Positions 47,922-54,747 of a stretch of DNA of 54,747 nt are shown here, piece after piece (positions within the stretch are counted from its first letter, which is position 1; every line of letters starts with the position of its first letter). The notes under the pieces are model-generated. The model searched no databases and was not told where the DNA came from. It saw only the letters and a list, made by a program, of their open reading frames with translations. The stretch is taken from positions 62,001-116,747 of the forward strand of contig CAUYUJ010000218.1 in NCBI GenBank assembly GCA_963575745.1, given 5' to 3'. The DNA is from Prorocentrum cordatum. Its lineage: Eukaryota. The position numbers and the translations under genes are program-made.

Positions 47922-48975
47922 AAAAAAACTTGTGGCACGCTTCGTCGAATTTGGCCTTGAAAGCGGCACGGCGTTCTTGTTTAGACTTCTTGGCCAACTG
48001 CGATTTGCCCCCAGCCTGAGGGGCGACCGAAGGGCGGACGACCTGCGGCAATTTACGTGGGAGCATGAGGGACCGAGTGATAAGCTGCATGCCTTGACTA
48101 CGCAACCTGACACTGAGCCCGCAATGCGTGCCCCAAGGCACGTCGAGGATGGGGAAGAGGCCGAGGACGTAAGGACAAGCCGACTTAGAAGCCAGCATGA
48201 AATCTATATGTGATCCGCCCGTGCCTGTAACGCAAGTGTGTTCGATATCCGAAACAAAAACGTATGCACCTACTTTCTCTATAAACCCGCACTTGGCGAG
48301 CTCTAACGGCGACATGTTGAAATCCCCTATGAGAATCCACGGAAGCTGCAAGGTGGCAACAAGGGCCCCAACCCGAGAGAGCCGCCCAGCGTTATCCCCG
48401 TGGAAACCGAGGGAAGAAAGGCCGTAGTAGGTAATAACTACAAGGGAATAGCCACTGAAATGAATGACGACAGGGACGAAGCCGTCAAACGAATCACTGC
48501 CAGAACAAAGCTCAGGAAACTTAGAAGGACTGCCGAGCGAATGCACCTGCCTGTGACCCTGGGCCAAAAACAGTTCACCCCCCTCTCCGCGAGCACCCCT
48601 GGACTCAAGCTGATGGTCCTTGGGCCGAGCGGGGTTGAAAAAAGACTTAAACTTACTAGCACGAATCTTGCCTTGCCATCTGTCTTGCTGGCTGGCGAAG
48701 ATATGAGTCTCCGCGATAGCCATGTAGTGATGCGCCTCTCTGACGGGGCGTGATCGTAGGAAGTTCCACGCTTGCTCGCCCCAGCAAGAAACGCTGCCGA
48801 ACAAAATTGAACTAAAAGGTGACGGCTCGTCACACTCGCAAGGCGCTCCTGGAGCGCCCTCACTTGATGACAAGGAAGCCGCCGAGGTCGACGTAGGGCC
48901 ACTGTCCCCATGCTCACCAGCGTCTCCCCCAGCTGAACCACGAGGAGACAGCGCCTGAGACGCGGGTGTGCACAT
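47922..48975 (-). CDS. LINE ORF2, N-terminal APE/EEP endonuclease part (joined to the RT part by a 1-nt shift at a T7 run)
   Basis: AIAETH, WILIGDFNMSP, SHIDFML and GTHCG in ORF 47884..48975. Confidence 0.85.
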
Positions 48976-49044
48976 ACCAGTGAATGTCTGACTTGATGAT
49001 GAAGCCGTTGTCGAGGCTGCAGACTGGGCTCGACTGGCGGAGGC

Positions 49045-50157
49045 TCATGCTCCGCCCGAGACACTCTCCTGCGACACGGCCTCCTTCTGCTGCTTGGCAA
49101 GCTCCGCGGCCTTGAACTTGGCTTCGGAGATGCGCTTCGCCTCGTTGACGATGGCCGTCTCGTCGGGGGCTGGCGGAGCGGTGGCGGCGACTGGCGGCCC
49201 CGCGGCCGCTGCTGCGCCACCCGAAGGGGCTGTCGCGGCCGCGGGTGGCGCAGGGGGGGCGCTGGCCCCTGCGCTGGCGCCGTCGCTGCTGCCACCGCTC
49301 GCCTCGGCCGTGCCATCGACCCCCTTGCGCTTCTTCCCCATGCGATCGTTGACTGTCTGCTTGAGCTGCTCCATGCGATTCTTCCACTCCGTGATCTTGG
49401 TGTTGCGCTCGCTGAGGTTAGAACGTGCCTGCTGTAGCTCGCTCTCTAGCTTGCGCAACTCAATGCGTTCTGATTCCTCACAATCATACTCGTCAAGCCG
49501 ACTGAAGAACTCCTCATCCCACTGCAAATCGAACAAGTTGGACTTGAGGTCCGCCTGACTGGACGAGAGTGAATCACCAGCGAGGACCCCTGACTCCTTG
49601 GCCAGCGTGATGATCGCCAATTTCTTGGCGGCCTCGGCGCGTGCCAAAATGACTGCAGCCTCGGCCTCTTTGATCTCTGCCTTGTGTAAGCTGTCACGCA
49701 ACTTGAGCACTTGATGAACAGATTGGTCGTGCTTGGCATGAGCGTCTCGAAGAGCACTGTCCGCGCGCTTCACCGACTCCTCAGTGGAAACAGGCTTCGG
49801 AGAGGGAGTGCTGCGCAGCGCTGACATCTGTTCTAAGAGAACCTTCTTCGTGCTCATGTCCTTGGCGTCAGCCATCAGCTGAGTGAGCATGCTGAGCATG
49901 CGCTGGTTGTCATCAGAGACGGCGCCACTCGCTGCTGCACTGGACGTACTGCTGTCGCCCTTGCTGCCGTTGGCGTGCACCAAAGAATTGTCCTGGCTAC
50001 CGACTGTCGATGCGTCCTTCTTGGGTTTGGCCTTGAAGACCTTGACTGGGCACCTGCATTTGCTACACTGATTGTTGCGAGTAGACAGAATGTCATTCCA
50101 CTCGGTCGTCCCGCACTTTGCGCACTTACTCCACAGGCGAGGTCCCAGTCCTGACAT
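49045..50157 (-). CDS. LINE ORF1 (N-terminal Cys motif, coiled coil, Ala-rich tail), 370 aa
   Basis: WSKCAKCG...CSKCRCP and heptad-rich LRKLESELQQARSNL; ATG start, intact, ends 70 nt before ORF2. Confidence 0.8.
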   Translation of the reverse strand: MSGLGPRLWSKCAKCGTTEWNDILSTRNNQCSKCRCPVKVFKAKPKKDASTVGSQDNSLVHANGSKGDSSTSSAAASGAVSDDNQRMLSMLTQLMADAKDMSTKKVLLEQMSALRSTPSPKPVSTEESVKRADSALRDAHAKHDQSVHQVLKLRDSLHKAEIKEAEAAVILARAEAAKKLAIITLAKESGVLAGDSLSSSQADLKSNLFDLQWDEEFFSRLDEYDCEESERIELRKLESELQQARSNLSERNTKITEWKNRMEQLKQTVNDRMGKKRKGVDGTAEASGGSSDGASAGASAPPAPPAAATAPSGGAAAAAGPPVAATAPPAPDETAIVNEAKRISEAKFKAAELAKQQKEAVSQESVSGGA

Positions 50158-50306
50158 GGCCCTGCTTTCGCAGCCGAAAACAGCTAACCTCTGAGGATGT
50201 GCAGGTCCTCAAGGACGGCGGGTTCGACTCCCCCCAAGCACCACGTGGCGGCGCAGGGCTGGGCAAGAGCAAGATGCCACGCGCACGGGGGCGTGTGGAC
50301 TTGGTG

Positions 50307-50327
50307 CTCGAGCCCATATGGCTTGAG
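50307..50327 (-). other. Tandem relict spliced leader at the LINE 5' end
   Basis: Minus strand CTCAAG-CCATATGGGCTCGAG: the SL 3' hexamer followed by a 12/15 match to CCATTTTGGCTCAAG. Confidence 0.65.
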
Positions 50328-50399
50328 AAGAGAAGGAGGAGGATAGGGGAAACTTCGAAGGAACACGCAGAACGCCCCAAGACTCCCAGAGACGCCAAA

Positions 50400-50620
50400 G
50401 AGCTCATGGGCACCACGGGGACCAGCTGGAGCACACCCAGAGGATCCACAACCTCCAAAGTGGAGTCTTGCCCTCCAGTCTAGAGGCCTTTTTTCCTCCA
50501 TTCCTAGTGTTCTAGTGTTCTTCGTCCATAAAGGAGGATCACTCTCCGTTCTGGGGGCGCCCTTTCCTCCATTCTGAATGTTCATCGACAGCGGGAGCTC
50601 GATCTCCAGAGCTGACGTTT
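50400..50620 (+). repeat. Dispersed repeat; second copy at ~52950-53160
   Basis: Both copies share gggcaccacrgggaccagctggagcacacccagaggatccacaacc...gatcactctccgttctgggggcgccctt. Confidence 0.85.
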
Positions 50621-51702
50621 GCTCATGTACGCCTGCGTTTCCCTCTTATACTTATGTGTATTGATTGATCGATGTGTTGCTGTTGCCATTATGAGAACAC
50701 TGCTGTGCTCGTTGTTATATGTTCATATTCGTTTTACTTCAGGCAAAACCATTGTGGGTTGACCACTAAGTGGATTGCCAACTCCTCCAGGCGACGGACC
50801 TCCTGGGACCACGCAGAAGGCCCCAGGACTCTAAAGACGCCCAAAAATCACTGCCCCAAGCCTGCTCGATACTCGATCCTTCCCCCCTCCTCGATCGATC
50901 CTCTATTTCCAGGGCGCGGTGGTGACCCGCCCAGCGGTGACCCCCTGGGCACTGACCGAACACTGCTCCCATCCACTTTGTCCCTCCAGAATGGTTGAAG
51001 GGGCCCAGGGACATACTGGGCTCTCGCTTCCCCCCCCCTCCACTTCCCACAGTTTCCCATACGTTCCTGGGAATCGACGATAAGTTGTGTCTCTGTGTTT
51101 CTTCCCCTCCAGAACAGCAGTAGTTTTTGTGTATCCACAACGGCACGTTGACCTGGAATCGGCGATACCTCGCCGATCGATTTCGGTCCAGCATGTCCTC
51201 TTACCTGTGGGTTTGACAGAAAACTAAAATTGGCCCAAAAGGTATTCAAATGGACAAAAGAGCACGAAACATCGTCCCCAGGCTATCGTTTTACTACTTG
51301 CATCTTCCTACTGTAGAGTGACATGCCCGACTTAGCGATAGATCGGCGATGGGCCTCCACTGGGGAAGCCGCGCGTTCTGGGCGGGGCTGGGCTCTCAGG
51401 CCCTTCTCGGCGATGCATGGGCGATCGGGGGTCGATGCGTCCCACCCCTGAGCGTATCCGTCCCTGCTGCTGCCTCCTGGCTTTCGGGTCATGGCTCGGC
51501 TCTCTGGCGGCCGCTCGGGACGATCCGCGCGCCCTGAGGCGCCTCTCGGCGAGGCGCAGCTGCCGGAGAGCACCCCGAGGCTGGAGGAGACCGCCGAGTA
51601 CCGAGGCAGACGCCCGAAGGCCTCGACGCTCGAACCCGAAACGTGCCTCCCGGGCGGCAGGCACCCGCGGAGGCCAGGGCCTTCCCTGGGATCGACTCCG
51701 CG

Positions 51703-51785
<83 letters not shown>

Positions 51786-52330
51786 CGCCGGGCGGCGAGG
51801 CGCGCGCGCGCGTCTTCGCCGAGCGCGGCGCGCAAAGCTCCCGCCTCGGCGCAGAGCTGCGCCCAGCCGGTCGCCAGCTGCGCCGGGGGGGTCGCCGGCA
51901 GCGTGAGCGGGCGCGGACGCAGGCGCAGACCCGTACAGGCGCCCTGTACTTACGAGTACGTCGAAAAACGAAGAGCGTGTGCATCAAGAAGAAGAAAAGT
52001 AATCATATAATATAATAATATCAGTAATATCAATACTAATCGTAGCACAAATATTGATACAACTATTGATGAATGTCGAAGTTTTAATGATGTGAATAAC
52101 GATAATAACAGTAATCACAATGACCATAACATTATTAATAATAGTAGTAATACTACTGATGATGATACGACTGATATTAACAGTATAATGATACTGATAA
52201 TACTACGAATAATACGAATGGCAAGGATACAAATGATAATACTAATAACACTACTAATAATAATCGTGATGTGCATGGTAGCAGGAGTAGTCGCACGGAG
52301 AATACTAGAAGTATGGATGACAAGCATGCT
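51703..52330. repeat. (GTC)n tract (51703-51785) and degenerate (AAT)n tract (~52000-52330)
   Basis: Read directly. Confidence 0.85.
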
Positions 52331-53474
52331 CGTAGGAGTGTGGCGACAGTGAACATTGACCGACATTCGCGAGAGTTGCCACCGCCAGTGAGGGCACAGC
52401 CCAGATGCGCACTACGAGTGTACTGCACTTTCGCCTGTGGGAAGAAAGCACGAGCTCCGAACAGGAGTATCAGAGGCCCGCACTGACGCACCCCTGGGCC
52501 CTCCTGGGAGCCTCCTGGGGGCTCTCCCCCAGGCCGCCTGGAAGGCCCCCTGGGGCCGTCCTGCAGGCCCGAGGCCTCTCGGGGGCCTCAGGCCCCTCGG
52601 GGGCCCGAGGCCCCTCGGGGCCGCGCCCTCCTTGGCGGCCCGGGCGGGCCCAGCCCAGGGAGGGCAGCGCGGTCGGGCCGGGGCCCGGGAGGAGGGCCGC
52701 GTGTGGCGGTGCGGCGGGCGCGCCCCGGGAGAACCCCCAGACCTCCTAGCGCCGTGCAGGGATCACGGCGGCCGGACCTCCAGGGTTTCGGCCTCCAGTG
52801 GTGGTGGGGGGGGGGGCGTGTCCGGGGCCCGCAAGCAAACAGAAGCAGGGCGGCTGCAACGAAAAGGCGGTTGATGAGAAAAGGCGGTCGTGGGCATGGA
52901 GGCTGGTTCGTTCCTGGGGGCCCGCGTCGGGAAGAAATCATAATCGTCGGAACTCCTGGGCACCACAGGGACCAGCTGGAGCACACCCAGAGGATCCACA
53001 ACCTTCAAAGCGGAGGCTCGCCCTCCATTCTGGAAGCGTTTTTGTTCCTCCATTTCTAGTGTTCTTCGTCCACAAGGGAAGATCACTCTCCGTTCTGGGG
53101 GCGCCCTTCCCTGCATTCTGAATTTTCATCCAGATCGGAAGCTCGATCTCGAATTGACATGTGTTAATGTATGTATACCTCTTCTGACTGTAGTAGAATT
53201 ACGATGTGCATTGATTATGTTTACCGTTGTGTTTAAAATACGTGAAAAATATGGGCACTACGACAAATAATGATGTTACGAATTTACACACTCGTGCAAT
53301 TTCATCCTGGCAATACTGCAGATACGAATCACAATACTGATAAGAGTACTAATCATAATCACAATGATAGTGAAAGTAGCATGGATAATGCAACACCGCT
53401 TACATAATTATTGTTAACGTATGAGTGCTACTGGTGTTCTGAGAATGCGTTTTCTTACTTGAACTTCACCACGG

Positions 53475-53582
53475 CGACTACCACTACAACAACAACTACT
53501 ACGACTACTCCTTCTAATAGTACTACTACTACTACTACTACTACTACTACGACTACGACTACGACTACTACTACTACTACAA

Positions 53583-53625
<43 letters not shown>

Positions 53626-53627
53626 TT

Positions 53628-53689
<62 letters not shown>

Positions 53690-53930
53690 AACTACTGATA
53701 CTACTACCACTATGACTACGACGACTACTACGACTACTACTACTACTACTACTACTACCACTACCACTACGACTACTACTCCTACTACTCTATTGTTACT
53801 ACTACTACTACTATTACTACCACTACTACTACTACGACTGATATGATTACTACTACCACGACTCCCACTAGTAGTAGTAGTAGTAGTAGTACTACCAGGA
53901 CTACTACTACTACTACTACTACTACTACCT

Positions 53931-53965
<35 letters not shown>

Positions 53966-54042
53966 GCTACTACTCCTACTACTACTACTTCTTCTACTAC
54001 TTCTACTACTACTACTACTACTTCTACTACCTCTTCTTCTAT

Positions 54043-54084
<42 letters not shown>

Positions 54085-54476
54085 GCCTACGACTACTACT
54101 ACTACTACTACTACTACTACGACGACGACGACGACGACGACGACGACTACTACTACTACTACTACTACCACTACTACGACTACAACTACTACTACTAAGT
54201 ACTCTTACTACCACTACTACTATTACTACTCCTACTACTACTACTACGACTACTACTACTACCACTACTACTACTAATAATAATAATGCTACTGCTACTA
54301 CCACGAGTACTAGTACTGATACTGCTACGACTAGTACTATTCGTAGCACGACTACTACGACTAAGACGACGACTCTTACTTCTAGTAGTAGTAGTACTAT
54401 TCATACGATTACTGCGGCTACTTCTACTACGACTACTACTGTTACTACGACTACGATTACTACTACTACTACAACA

Positions 54477-54536
<60 letters not shown>

Positions 54537-54566
54537 ACGACTACCACTACTACTACTACGACTACG

Positions 54567-54598
<32 letters not shown>

Positions 54599-54613
54599 GA
54601 CTACTACTACTGG

Positions 54614-54649
<36 letters not shown>

Positions 54650-54689
54650 AGTTGCTACGACTGCTGCAATTACTGCTACTACCACTCCA

Positions 54690-54730
<41 letters not shown>

Positions 54731-54747
54731 GACAACTACTACTACAC
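53475..54747. repeat. Long degenerate (TAC)n microsatellite running off the window end
   Basis: Read directly. Confidence 0.95.

Larger units (their letters stand above)
43692..50327 (-). mobile_element. Near-intact full-length LINE (ORF1; ORF2 = EN, RT, CCHC, RNase H)
   Basis: Two-ORF layout, (CCGAAT)3 tail at ~43692-43710, SL relics at the 5' end, TCC repeats on both flanks. Confidence 0.9.

Overview
GC-rich, microsatellite-dense eukaryotic DNA. GC/GA splice donors, AG|G acceptors and spliced-leader relics point to a dinoflagellate (inference). Contents: (1) A six-exon minus-strand alpha/beta-hydrolase gene reconstructed by hand (3811-12418, about 530 aa), with a degenerate dinoflagellate spliced leader upstream and repeated intron boundaries. 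(2) Four non-LTR retrotransposons: a 5'-truncated RNase H fragment (~4570-5892), a decayed EN-RT element (~15000-19720, -), a near-intact ORF1/EN/RT/CCHC/RNase H element with tandem SL relics at its 5' end (43692-50327, -), and a ~13.5 kb LINE (25915-39430, +). The ORF2 of the last one runs RNase H - endonuclease - RT - C2H2 fingers - cytosine-5 DNA methyltransferase, and it is the most notable element here. (3) A tandem pair of ~1.75 kb foldback-like TIR elements inserted into that LINE, a palindromic MITE, dispersed repeats and long (GGA/TCC), (GAT/ATC), (GTC) and (TAC) tracts. Most ORFs in the supplied track are artefacts of these repeats. All calls come from reading motifs by eye; no database search was run.
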